Positions 20,574 through 29,317 of a stretch of DNA of 64,000 nucleotides are shown piece by piece. Where the stretch lies: positions 25 to 64,024 of the forward strand of contig JBGVMD010000011.1 in the NCBI GenBank assembly GCA_045124575.1. Reading direction: 5' to 3'. Position 1 is the stretch's first letter. Each line of letters opens with the position of its first letter. The notes beneath the pieces are model-generated. The model saw nothing but the letters and a program-made list of their open reading frames with translations. It was not told where the DNA came from and searched no databases. The DNA is from Faecousia sp. (GTDB lineage: Bacteria; Bacillota; Clostridia; Oscillospirales; Oscillospiraceae). A program made the translations under genes and the position numbers.

Positions 20574-21074
20574 ATGCTGTTAGGACTATCGAAAATCATA
20601 GATTGTCCCGGCGCCAGCCTTCCTTTCTCTACCAGTCTGGATCTGAGTGATCTTCGTTTTGGTACCTGCTGCCCTGTGTCGGAGCCGGTCAATGCCGAGG
20701 GTATTGTCCGCAACACCGCTGGTGTGATGATGATGACGGGTGCGATTCGCACCTGCCTGCATGGTATCTGCGACCGCTGCGCCGGTGAATTCACCCGTGA
20801 TGTGGAAATCCCCATCAATGTGGTGCTGGTCACCGAGCTGGCCGATGAAGATAACGAAGATGAATGGGTATTCCCTCTGGAGGGAGACAGCGCCGATTTG
20901 GAAGACATTATCCGCACGGTTTTTGTGCTGAACATGGATTCCAAGCTGCTGTGCAAGGAAGATTGCAAAGGTCTTTGCCACCGTTGTGGCAGAAATCTCA
21001 ACGATGGCCCTTGCAGTTGCCAGAAGGAGCTCGATCCCCGATTTGCTGCTTTGAAGCAGCTTCTTGAGAAGTAA
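20574..21074 (+). CDS. yceD: DUF177/YceD large-subunit rRNA accumulation protein
   Basis: CDRC, LCKEDCKGLCHRCG.NLN...C.C and DPRFAAL motifs; upstream of rpmF. Confidence 0.92.
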   Translation: MLLGLSKIIDCPGASLPFSTSLDLSDLRFGTCCPVSEPVNAEGIVRNTAGVMMMTGAIRTCLHGICDRCAGEFTRDVEIPINVVLVTELADEDNEDEWVFPLEGDSADLEDIIRTVFVLNMDSKLLCKEDCKGLCHRCGRNLNDGPCSCQKELDPRFAALKQLLEK

Positions 21075-21121
21075 AAACCCAAAAATGCTGTTAAAAGCAG
21101 TTTGACCAAGGAGGTGTCACC

Positions 21122-21307
21122 ATGGCTGTCCCTAAGTGTAAAGTGTCCTCTGCCCGTCGCGATAAGCGCCGTGGCTCCAACTGGAAGCTGTCCGCTCCCA
21201 GCGTTGCTGTTTGCCCCAAGTGCGGCGAGACCGTTGCTCCCCACAGAGCTTGCAAGGCTTGCGGTACCTACAAAGGCCGTCAGGTCCTGGCCGCCAAGGC
21301 TGACTAA
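21122..21307 (+). CDS. rpmF: 50S ribosomal protein L32 (Zn-ribbon form)
   Basis: MAVPK..S..RRDKRR; CPKCG and HRACKACG motifs. Confidence 0.97.
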   Translation: MAVPKCKVSSARRDKRRGSNWKLSAPSVAVCPKCGETVAPHRACKACGTYKGRQVLAAKAD

Positions 21308-21443
21308 GGCAGGAAAAGTAAGAGGAAGGCAGAAGCCTTCCTCTTTTTCCTTATATGGGATTCCGCCCATATCTTAACAATAAATCCATTGATTTCTTTC
21401 GAATTTTGTGGCATAATATTCCAAATGAAAGGAAGTGTTACCC

Positions 21444-22778
21444 ATGGCAAAACCCTTAGTGGCCATTGTAGGCCGCCCCAATGTGGGCAAGTCCATGCTC
21501 TTTAATAAGTTGACCGGTCACCGCACCTCCATCGTGGAAGATACCCCCGGTGTCACCCGTGACCGTATTTATGGTGATTGTGAATGGTGCGGCCATCATT
21601 TCTCCTTGGTGGATACCGGCGGTATTGAGCCCAACACCGAGAATGATATGCTGAAATTCATGCGCCGCCAGGCGGAGATCGGTATTGAACTGGCCGATTG
21701 CATCGTCATGGTGGTGGATGTCCGCACCGGTGTTACCGCCGCTGACCAGGATGTGGCCACCATGCTGCGTAAGTCCGGCAAGCCTGTTGCGCTGGCCGTT
21801 AATAAGTGTGACTCCATCGGTCCTGTGAATCTTGCTGTCTATGAGTTCTACGGCCTGGGCATTGGCGATCTGTTTGAGGTCTCCGCCCTCCACGGCCACG
21901 GCACCGGCGACCTGCTGGATTGGTGTGTGGAGCAGTTCCCCGCCGAAAGCGAGCAGGAGGAAGACAGCGACATCATCAAGGTGGCCATCGTCGGTAAACC
22001 CAATGTGGGCAAGTCCAGCCTCCTCAACCGCATTCTGGGCGAGGAGCGGGTCATCGTTTCCAATGTGGCCGGCACCACCAGAGATGCCATCGACTCCTAT
22101 TTTGAAAACGAAACCGGCAAATACTGCCTGATCGATACCGCTGGTATGCGCCGCAAGAGTAAGGTAGACGATGCCATTGAGCGCTATTCCAATATGCGCT
22201 CCATCAACGCCATTGAGCGGGCGGACGTGTGCCTGATCCTTATTGATGCCAACGACGGTGTTACCGACCAGGATACCAAGATCGCAGGTCTGGTGCATGA
22301 AGCCGGCAAGGCGGCCATCATTGTTGTCAACAAGTGGGACGCAGTGGAAGACAAGGAAACCAACACCATGCGGGATAAGGAACTGGCGGTCAAGGATGGC
22401 CTCAGCTACATGACCTATGCACCCGTGGTGTTCCTGTCGGCGTTGACTGGCCAGCGGGTGGATAAGCTGTTCCCCCTGATCCAGGAGGTCCACAAGCAGA
22501 ACACCAGCCGTATTACCACCGGCGCCCTCAACTCCATTCTGGCCGAGGCTACTGCCCGTGTCCAGCCGCCCTCTGACAAGGGCCGCCGCCTGAAGATCTA
22601 CTACATGACCCAGGCTGGCACCAAGCCCCCGCATTTTGTCATTTTCTGTAACGATGCACGGCTCTTCCATTTCTCTTATCAGCGGTATCTGGAAAATCAG
22701 ATCCGGGATGTCTTTGGCTTAAAGGGCACGCCCGTGCGGATCACCATCCGCCAGAAGGGTGACAAAGAGGAGGACTAA
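21444..22778 (+). CDS. der: Ribosome biogenesis GTPase Der/EngA
   Basis: Two tandem GTPase domains (GRPNVGKS, GKPNVGKS; DTGG, DTAG). Confidence 0.97.
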   Translation: MAKPLVAIVGRPNVGKSMLFNKLTGHRTSIVEDTPGVTRDRIYGDCEWCGHHFSLVDTGGIEPNTENDMLKFMRRQAEIGIELADCIVMVVDVRTGVTAADQDVATMLRKSGKPVALAVNKCDSIGPVNLAVYEFYGLGIGDLFEVSALHGHGTGDLLDWCVEQFPAESEQEEDSDIIKVAIVGKPNVGKSSLLNRILGEERVIVSNVAGTTRDAIDSYFENETGKYCLIDTAGMRRKSKVDDAIERYSNMRSINAIERADVCLILIDANDGVTDQDTKIAGLVHEAGKAAIIVVNKWDAVEDKETNTMRDKELAVKDGLSYMTYAPVVFLSALTGQRVDKLFPLIQEVHKQNTSRITTGALNSILAEATARVQPPSDKGRRLKIYYMTQAGTKPPHFVIFCNDARLFHFSYQRYLENQIRDVFGLKGTPVRITIRQKGDKEED

Positions 22779-22781
22779 GCT

Positions 22782-23405
22782 ATGCTCCTGCGTATTTTTA
22801 ACGCAGCGCTGGTCAGTTACTTCCTTGGCAACCATAACGGCGCCATCTGCGTCAGCCTGATGCTGGGCGATGATGTCCGCAGCCATGGCAGCGGAAATGC
22901 GGGCCTAACCAATTTCATCCGCAGCTACGGCACCGGTCGTGCGGCTCTGGTGATCTTGATTGACGCCGGCAAAGCCGTTTTGGCCTGCGTTCTATCCGGC
23001 CTGTTGCTGGCATCTTATGGCCTGGAACTGCAGGGAAGAATGCTGGGTGGCCTCTTTGTGCTGTTGGGCCATATTTATCCTGCCCTCCAGGGCTTTAAAG
23101 GTGGCAAGGGAATCCTCAGCGGTTGGTTTATCGCCTGGACAGTGGATTGGCGAATTGCGCTGGCTGTGGGACTGGTGTTCTTTGCGGTATACTTTTTGAC
23201 AAAGTACGTTTCTTTGGGTTCGGTGCTGGGTGTGATTACCTTTGGCATTGGTTTTGTGGTCATTTATCACAATGATGTGCGGATATGGCTGACGGGTTTG
23301 TTGATGAGTTGTCTGTGTGTTTTCGCCCACCGCAGTAATATTCTTCGGTTGTTGCGGGGACAGGAGCGAAAGACGGAACTGTTTTCGAAAGGAAAGCACC
23401 AATGA
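22782..23405 (+). CDS. plsY: Glycerol-3-phosphate acyltransferase PlsY
   Basis: GSGNAG.TN, GH.YP....KGGKG and HRSNI.RL..G.E motifs; der-plsY-gpsA synteny. Confidence 0.92.
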   Translation: MLLRIFNAALVSYFLGNHNGAICVSLMLGDDVRSHGSGNAGLTNFIRSYGTGRAALVILIDAGKAVLACVLSGLLLASYGLELQGRMLGGLFVLLGHIYPALQGFKGGKGILSGWFIAWTVDWRIALAVGLVFFAVYFLTKYVSLGSVLGVITFGIGFVVIYHNDVRIWLTGLLMSCLCVFAHRSNILRLLRGQERKTELFSKGKHQ

Positions 23406-24400
23406 AAGTAGCAGTTGTAGGCAGCGGTGCTTGGGGCACTGCTTTGGCGATCCGCCTGTGTAAGAATGGTCATGATGTGACCATGTGGAGCTTCTCGAGG
23501 GATTCGATCCCCGAAATGGAGTCAACACGCTGCAACCCGAGGCTACCCAATGCAGTACTGCCGGAGAATCTTGCCATCAGCGGCGAATACGACTGCGTTC
23601 GTGGCTGCAAGCTGGTGGTTATGGCAAGTCCTTCGTTCCCGGCCCGTGCCGTTTGCCGCAGTGTTGCGCCTTATATTGACGACGATGCGGTGGTCGTTTG
23701 TGTTACCAAGGGACTGGAAGACACCACCCATCTTCGCATGAGCGAGGTGGTGGCCCAGGAGACCGGCAGGGAAGTGGTAGCCCTCATCGGCCCCAGCCAT
23801 GCGGAAGAGGTTTCTGTGGATGTGCCTACCGGCCTGTTAGCCGCCCATCAAAATCAGGCCCTGGCAGAATTCGTCCAGGATGCGTTCATGGCGGATACCC
23901 TGCGGGTCTATACCAGCGACGACCCTGTGGGCGCAGAGCTGGGCGCTGCCCTGAAAAATGTCATTGCCCTGTGCGCCGGTGTCACCGATGGCTTAGGCTA
24001 TGGCGATAATACCAAAGCTATGCTGATGACCCGGGGCTTAAGCGAGATCGCCCGCCTGGGTGTGGCGCTGGGCGCCCGCAAGGAGACCTTTACCGGCCTT
24101 TCCGGTGTGGGCGATTTAATCGTTACTTGCACTTCCATGCACTCCCGCAACCGCCGTGCCGGTATCCTCATTGGACAAGGCAAGGGCGTCCAGGAGGCCA
24201 TGCAGGAGGTGGGAGCCGTGGTGGAAGGCTACTATGCCGCCAAATCTGCCTACGAGCTAGGTCAGCGCATGGGCGTGGAAATGCCCATTGTAGAAGCGGC
24301 TTATCGGGTGCTCTATGAAGGAGCATCTGCCAAGGAAGCGGTTCAGACCCTTCTGATCCGTTCCCGCAAAGCCGAGTCTGAAAATCCCGGCTGGCTGTAA
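23402..24400 (+). CDS. gpsA: NAD(P)H-dependent glycerol-3-phosphate dehydrogenase
   Basis: GSGAWGTA, GPSHAEE, LKNVIA and GDLIVTCTSMHSRN motifs. Confidence 0.96.
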   Translation: MKVAVVGSGAWGTALAIRLCKNGHDVTMWSFSRDSIPEMESTRCNPRLPNAVLPENLAISGEYDCVRGCKLVVMASPSFPARAVCRSVAPYIDDDAVVVCVTKGLEDTTHLRMSEVVAQETGREVVALIGPSHAEEVSVDVPTGLLAAHQNQALAEFVQDAFMADTLRVYTSDDPVGAELGAALKNVIALCAGVTDGLGYGDNTKAMLMTRGLSEIARLGVALGARKETFTGLSGVGDLIVTCTSMHSRNRRAGILIGQGKGVQEAMQEVGAVVEGYYAAKSAYELGQRMGVEMPIVEAAYRVLYEGASAKEAVQTLLIRSRKAESENPGWL

Positions 24401-24409
24401 GAAAAAAAC

Positions 24410-24442
24410 AAAACGACTGGCCCGCCTGGGCCAGTCGTTTTT
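24410..24442 (+). terminator. Intrinsic terminator after gpsA
   Basis: AAAACGACTGGCCC-gcct-GGGCCAGTCGTTTT. Confidence 0.85.
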
Positions 24443-24452
24443 GCACAATTAT

Positions 24453-24529
24453 CTAGGGACCGGCCTTCTGGACGGTCCTATAATGTGATCATTGTATTTT
24501 TTAGGCCCGTCGGGGACGCCGGACCCTAC
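24453..24529. repeat. REPIN-like inverted pair of GTAG-type REP sequences
   Basis: CTAGGGACCGGCCTTCTGGACGGTCC (24453-24478, +) faces GTAGGGTCCGGCGTCCCCGACGGGCC (24504-24529, -). Confidence 0.65.
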
Positions 24530-24594
24530 AATGCGTCATTTTGGGCAAACAAAAACGCCACCAAATTGGTGGCGTATTTTATTTTGCAGGGAAA

Positions 24595-24783
24595 TCAGAC
24601 AGCACGCTCAACCTTGTTGGAACGCAGACATCTGGTACAAGCGTACACATGGCACGGAGTACCGTTGACAACAGCCTTGACCCGCTTGACATTGGGCTTC
24701 CAGGTACGGTTGGAACGTCTGTGGGAGTGGGAAACCTTGATACCAAAGGTTACGCCCTTACCGCAAAAATCACACTTCGCCAT
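24595..24783 (-). CDS. rpmB: 50S ribosomal protein L28
   Basis: MAKCDFCGK, VSHS, WKPN and CTRCLRS motifs; RBS GGAGGT. Confidence 0.97.
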   Translation of the reverse strand: MAKCDFCGKGVTFGIKVSHSHRRSNRTWKPNVKRVKAVVNGTPCHVYACTRCLRSNKVERAV

Positions 24784-24972
24784 TCGTTGCACCTCCCATC
24801 CGAATCATAATCCACGAAATGACGCCATTCGCAGGCGCTTAGATATGATAGCAGAGTTTCGTCAAAAATGCAAGCATTATTTTTCGTTTTTTTGAAATTT
24901 TTTAAAATATTTATTGATATTCCGCCAGGCTACCGCTATAATGTTTTTATCCTATGAGAATGAGGTGGAAAT

Positions 24973-25920
24973 ATGGCAGATATTTACTCTTTGCCGCTGA
25001 AAACTTTGGCGGAAGAATTTGATCTCCAGGTGGAATTTGCCTCCACAGATTTCGACACCATCCGCCTGACCGTGGCGGATGTGGCCCGTCCCGGTTTGCT
25101 TCTGGCGGGATTTTTTGAACATTTTGATGCCCGTCGTCTTCAGGTGTTGGGCAGAGTGGAAATGAGTTACCTCAGCCAGCTTTCTCAGGAAAAGCAGGAG
25201 GAGATTTTTGACCACCTCTTTGCTTTTAAAATTCCGGCTCTGCTGATTGCTCGTGGCCTGCAGCCTTATCCTGCCTGCGTGGCGATGGCCCAAAAGCACG
25301 ATGTCACCCTGCTTTGCACGGATGAGCCTACCTCGGAGATTTTGTCCGCCTTGGTTGCCTATCTCAGCGATGAGTTGGCACCCCGTATTACCCGCCATGG
25401 CGTGTTGATGGAAGTCTACGGCGAGGGTATTCTTCTGACCGGCGAAAGCGGCATGGGTAAGAGTGAGACTGCGGTAGAGCTTCTCAAGCGCGGCCACCGT
25501 TTGATTGCTGACGATGCAGTGGAAATTCGCAAAATTTCCGGTAATACCCTCATTGGCTCTGCACCGGAGCTGATTCGAAATTATATTGAACTGCGGGGCA
25601 TTGGCATTATTAATGTTGCACGGCTCTACGGCATGGGTGCCGTTAAGGCGGAAAATAAAATTAACCTGGTGGTCAATATTGAACCCTGGAACAGCCAGAA
25701 TGTGTATGACCGCCTGGGCGCAGAATGTTCCTATACAGAAATTTTGGGCGTGAAGGTTCCGACCCATACCATCCCCATCAGCCCCGGTCGAAATTTGGCA
25801 GTGATTTTGGAAGTGGCAGCCATGAATAACCGCCAGCGGAAGATGGGTTATAACGCTGCATTGGAACTGACGGAACAGATCAACCGCAGCTTCGACGCCA
25901 ATATGGGTAATCATCTATGA
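24973..25920 (+). CDS. hprK: HPr kinase/phosphorylase
   Basis: RPGL.LAG, GESGMGKSE, GHRLIADD, ELRGIG and PGRNLA motifs. Confidence 0.97.
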   Translation: MADIYSLPLKTLAEEFDLQVEFASTDFDTIRLTVADVARPGLLLAGFFEHFDARRLQVLGRVEMSYLSQLSQEKQEEIFDHLFAFKIPALLIARGLQPYPACVAMAQKHDVTLLCTDEPTSEILSALVAYLSDELAPRITRHGVLMEVYGEGILLTGESGMGKSETAVELLKRGHRLIADDAVEIRKISGNTLIGSAPELIRNYIELRGIGIINVARLYGMGAVKAENKINLVVNIEPWNSQNVYDRLGAECSYTEILGVKVPTHTIPISPGRNLAVILEVAAMNNRQRKMGYNAALELTEQINRSFDANMGNHL

Positions 25921-26879
25921 AAGAATTGACCATCGGCACCAACGACGCGGGCCAGCGTTTGGATCGCTTTTTGGCAAAAGCAGTGCCCCTGCTGCCGGCT
26001 TCTCTGGCTCAGAAATACATTCGCCTCAAGCGCATCAAGCTCAACGGCGCCCGCGCCCAGCGGGACAGCCGATTGGCTGCCGGAGACGTGCTTCAGCTTT
26101 ATATCAATGATGAATTTTTCGACAAACCCCGGGAGGACAATGCCTATTTGACGGTGGCTTCTCCCAAGCTGAATATCGTTTATGAGGACGAGCACATCCT
26201 TTTGGTAGACAAGCGCCCCGGCATTGCGGTTCATCCCCATGATGGGGCAGAGTATGGCAGAACCCTGATCGACCATATCCAGTCCTACCTGTACCAAAAA
26301 CGGGAGTGGCGTCCCCGGGAGGAAAATTCCTTTACACCGGCTCTGTGCAACCGGATTGACCGGAACACCGGTGGCATCGTCATCGCCGCCAAGACTGCTA
26401 TGGCGCTTCGAGTTATGAATCAGAAGATCAAAGATCGGGAACTGGACAAACGGTATCTTGCCATTGTGGAAGGTACACCTAAGCCCAGAGAAGGCAGTTT
26501 AAAGGGTTATCTTTTTAAGGATGAGAAGAAAAATCGTGTCTTTGTCACGGACAAAATGCAGCCCGGTGCCAAATCTTGCCAGACCAATTATAAGGTGATT
26601 GCTTCCCAAAACGGCCTTTCTTTGGTGGAATGTGAACTCATCACTGGTCGAACCCATCAGATCCGTGCCCAGTTTGCCCATGCCGGCCATCCGCTGTTGG
26701 GCGACGGCAAATACGGCAAGCTGAATAAAAACTATGACCGAAATTACCAGGCTCTCTATTCTTATAAGCTGACCTTTACCTTCACCACCGACGCCGAAGA
26801 CCTCGCTTATCTCAACGGCAAGTCCTTCCAGGTCGAAAAAGTGGACTTCGCAGAGGAGTATTTTCCCAATTATCGCTAA
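25917..26879 (+). CDS. RluA-family pseudouridine synthase with S4 domain (RluC/D-like)
   Basis: GQRLDRFL, NRIDRNTGG and TGRTHQIR motifs. Confidence 0.92.
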   Translation: MKELTIGTNDAGQRLDRFLAKAVPLLPASLAQKYIRLKRIKLNGARAQRDSRLAAGDVLQLYINDEFFDKPREDNAYLTVASPKLNIVYEDEHILLVDKRPGIAVHPHDGAEYGRTLIDHIQSYLYQKREWRPREENSFTPALCNRIDRNTGGIVIAAKTAMALRVMNQKIKDRELDKRYLAIVEGTPKPREGSLKGYLFKDEKKNRVFVTDKMQPGAKSCQTNYKVIASQNGLSLVECELITGRTHQIRAQFAHAGHPLLGDGKYGKLNKNYDRNYQALYSYKLTFTFTTDAEDLAYLNGKSFQVEKVDFAEEYFPNYR

Positions 26880-26883
26880 AACG

Positions 26884-26973
26884 GTAAATTGTTGTTCACA
26901 CAATCAGCGACGCAGCTACCTAGGCAAGGGAGGCGTAGCCCTCCCGCACCAGTGCGTATAAACAACAATTTAC
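26884..26973. repeat. 90-bp element bounded by 13-bp inverted repeats (MITE/REP-like)
   Basis: GTAAATTGTTGTT...AACAACAATTTAC with an internal GGGAGG/CCTCCC hairpin; a related copy lies at 63303-63365. Confidence 0.6.
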
Positions 26974-26992
26974 AGCAGGAAAGGAACACGAT

Positions 26993-27715
26993 ATGATCGC
27001 TTTTCTCACCAGTTCTCCCTTCCGAGAGGATGTGGACCGGCCCACATTCAGCAATATGAATGGTTTTGTTGATCGGATTCGTGGTTGCCTGCCGCTTAAT
27101 CCTCGTTGCCTGTATATCTGCTCCGAACCCACCCGGACAGATATCAATTGCTACTATGGCGCGGATATGTTCATGGCATTTGCCAATAGTGGCATTCATT
27201 TCCGCTCCTATCATGTGTTGGACGACCACAATGTCCGTCAGGCAGCGCAACTGGTGGTTGCGTCCGACCTTATCATCCTCACCGGAGGCCATGTGCCCAC
27301 CCAAAATGCCTTCTTTCAAAAAATTGGCCTGCGGCAGCTGCTTCGGAATTATTCCGGTGTGGTGATGGGTATCAGCGCGGGATCTATGAACAGCGCCGAT
27401 GTGGTCTACTCTCAGCCGGAAGAAGCGGGGGAGTCCTCCTCGGATTTTCAGCGTTTTCTGCCGGGACTGGGACTTTCCAAGGTTCAGGTGCTGCCTCATT
27501 ATCAAAAGACCCGCAATATGCGGGTGGACGGCTTGCGGCTGTATGAGGATATCACTTACGCTGATAGTGTGGGCCAAAGATTCTACGCGCTTCCGGATTT
27601 TTCCTATGTGGTGGATGACGGCCGCTTCGCCACCCTCTACGGCGAAGGCTACCGTATCCAAGACGGCATTCTTGAGCGTCTTACCTCCCATGGTGATGCG
27701 CTGACAATCAAATAA
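26993..27715 (+). CDS. Peptidase S51 (dipeptidase E-like, type 1 glutamine-amidotransferase fold)
   Basis: LTGG, GISAGS nucleophile elbow and PHY motifs. Confidence 0.8.
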   Translation: MIAFLTSSPFREDVDRPTFSNMNGFVDRIRGCLPLNPRCLYICSEPTRTDINCYYGADMFMAFANSGIHFRSYHVLDDHNVRQAAQLVVASDLIILTGGHVPTQNAFFQKIGLRQLLRNYSGVVMGISAGSMNSADVVYSQPEEAGESSSDFQRFLPGLGLSKVQVLPHYQKTRNMRVDGLRLYEDITYADSVGQRFYALPDFSYVVDDGRFATLYGEGYRIQDGILERLTSHGDALTIK

Positions 27716-27717
27716 AA

Positions 27718-27745
27718 AAACGGAGGCTGCAATCAGCCTCCGTTT
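27718..27745. terminator. Bidirectional terminator
   Basis: AAACGGAGGCTG-caat-CAGCCTCCGTTT between convergent genes. Confidence 0.8.
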
Positions 27746-27760
27746 ATGTATATGCGGTAA

Positions 27761-27991
27761 TTAGTGGTTCTCGATCCACTCGTTGACCTTGGTCTTAGCC
27801 AGACGCTGGATGTCCTCGCCGGGAAAGGGAGAGGTCTCGCCGCCGCGGGTATAAACAAAGTACAGGCCGCCTTCGGTCTGGAACAGGATCTCTTCGTAGC
27901 CGGCAGGATCGCCGTAGGTGCCGTAGGTGCACTTCTTGATCAGGGTAGCGGTTTCGGAATCGTATTCCTTCTTGCAGATGATCTTCTTCAT
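27761..27991 (-). CDS. Small hypothetical protein (76 aa)
   Basis: Strong RBS AAAGGAGG, own sigma-A-like promoter near 28028-28055, codon usage like highly expressed genes. Confidence 0.85.
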   Translation of the reverse strand: MKKIICKKEYDSETATLIKKCTYGTYGDPAGYEEILFQTEGGLYFVYTRGGETSPFPGEDIQRLAKTKVNEWIENH

Positions 27992-28211
27992 TATGGTATC
28001 CTCCTTTCGAGAAAAGTTTCTTGCTATATTATATATATTTTTTGCCGTAATGCAAGGGCTTTTTTAAAAAATGACCGCCTTTTTGAAAAAGATTGTTTGA
28101 TGCAATCAGTTTGTCCTATCATTTGCCTTGTGCTTTTCGTTAAATTGCACAATTCTTCTTGCGCTGCTGATTCCAATGTGCTATACTAAGGGTAGGAAAG
28201 GGGAGAAAAAT

Positions 28212-28850
28212 ATGCAGGATATGCCTATGTTTGTAACGGAATATGGTGTTGCCAGCCTGTTTTTGCGGGAAATTCCTTACCGCAGCCGGGCACATATTAA
28301 GATACAGTCCTCCCAGGAACCGGAGAAATTGCTGGAAGAATGTATTTCTTTTTGCCGAATGTGCGGCGCAGAATGGATCGATGCGGCGGGACATGAGTAT
28401 CTCGAACAGTATCCTCTGATTACCGCCCTTTGGTCAATGCAGTGCCAGCGGGCAGCCATGGGAGAAACGGATGCTTGTCTTTTCCCGGTGACGGAGCAAA
28501 CGGTGCAGCAATGGCTGGATATCTATAATGAACGCATGGCGGATGTCCCCAATGCGGCCTATATGGACAGTCGGGACGGCAGAGAACTGCTGAAGACAGC
28601 CGATGCCTATTTTGTCCACCGGGACGGTCAGCTGCTGGGCATTGGTAAGGCCAAGGGGGATTTTATTGATACCGTGATTGCTGTGCAGCCCGGAGCAGGG
28701 GAAGCGGTAGTACGGACGTTGTGCGGCGTGCTGACGGGGGATACCGTGCGCCTGTGGGTGGCTTCCGCAAATGCACGGGCGGTTCGCCTTTATGAGCGCA
28801 TGGGCTTTCTTAAGATTGCCGAACTCAGTCGCTGGTACCGGGTTTTGTGA
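28212..28850 (+). CDS. GNAT-family acetyltransferase
   Basis: C-terminal V...N.RA.RLYE..GF motif. Confidence 0.7.
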   Translation: MQDMPMFVTEYGVASLFLREIPYRSRAHIKIQSSQEPEKLLEECISFCRMCGAEWIDAAGHEYLEQYPLITALWSMQCQRAAMGETDACLFPVTEQTVQQWLDIYNERMADVPNAAYMDSRDGRELLKTADAYFVHRDGQLLGIGKAKGDFIDTVIAVQPGAGEAVVRTLCGVLTGDTVRLWVASANARAVRLYERMGFLKIAELSRWYRVL

Positions 28851-28901
28851 TACCGTTCGTGGATTATCGATGAATTGATTCATCTTTCTGTTTATTTTGC
28901 G

Positions 28902-28946
28902 TTGACAAAAATAGGAATGCGGAGTACAATATATAGATCATCTATA
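28902..28946 (+). promoter_or_regulatory. sigma-A promoter with palindromic operator at +1
   Basis: TTGACA-17-TACAAT followed by TATAGAT-c-ATCTATA (28932-28946). Confidence 0.65.
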
Positions 28947-28983
28947 ACTTGTGGATGACAAATCATGAAAAGAGGGAATGTAT

Positions 28984-29181
28984 ATGAAGAAGATTGCTGT
29001 TTTGATGGCTATGGTTAGCTTGCTGTCCGTCCTGCTGTGCGGCTGTGGTAAGTTCGAGTGCGACCTGTGCGGCGAAGAGAAGTCCGGCAAGCAGTACAAG
29101 GGCGAAGTCATGGACCGTGAAGTGGTCTATTGCAAGGACTGCAAGGAAGACATCGACGCCATTAAGGACCTGTTCAACTAA
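28984..29181 (+). CDS. Small lipoprotein with CxxC...CxxC motif
   Basis: MKK plus hydrophobic stretch plus LCGC lipobox; CDLC and CKDC; own promoter and terminator (29196-29229). Confidence 0.8.
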   Translation: MKKIAVLMAMVSLLSVLLCGCGKFECDLCGEEKSGKQYKGEVMDREVVYCKDCKEDIDAIKDLFN

Positions 29182-29232
29182 GAAGTACCTATTATAAAAA
29201 TCGGAGCGTATTTTACGCTCCGATTTTTTGAT

Positions 29233-29307
29233 TGTCAATAAAAAATACTTGACAAGCCGATGTATCTATGCTATACTACCGCAGGTATCAAGCGAAAAGG
29301 CTTGACA
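29233..29307 (+). promoter_or_regulatory. ylxM-ffh promoter with two inverted-repeat sites
   Basis: TTGACA(29249)-17-TATACT(29272); TGTCAA-N10-TTGACA and TATCAA-N10-TTGACA. Confidence 0.7.
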
Positions 29308-29317
29308 GGAGGTTTCC

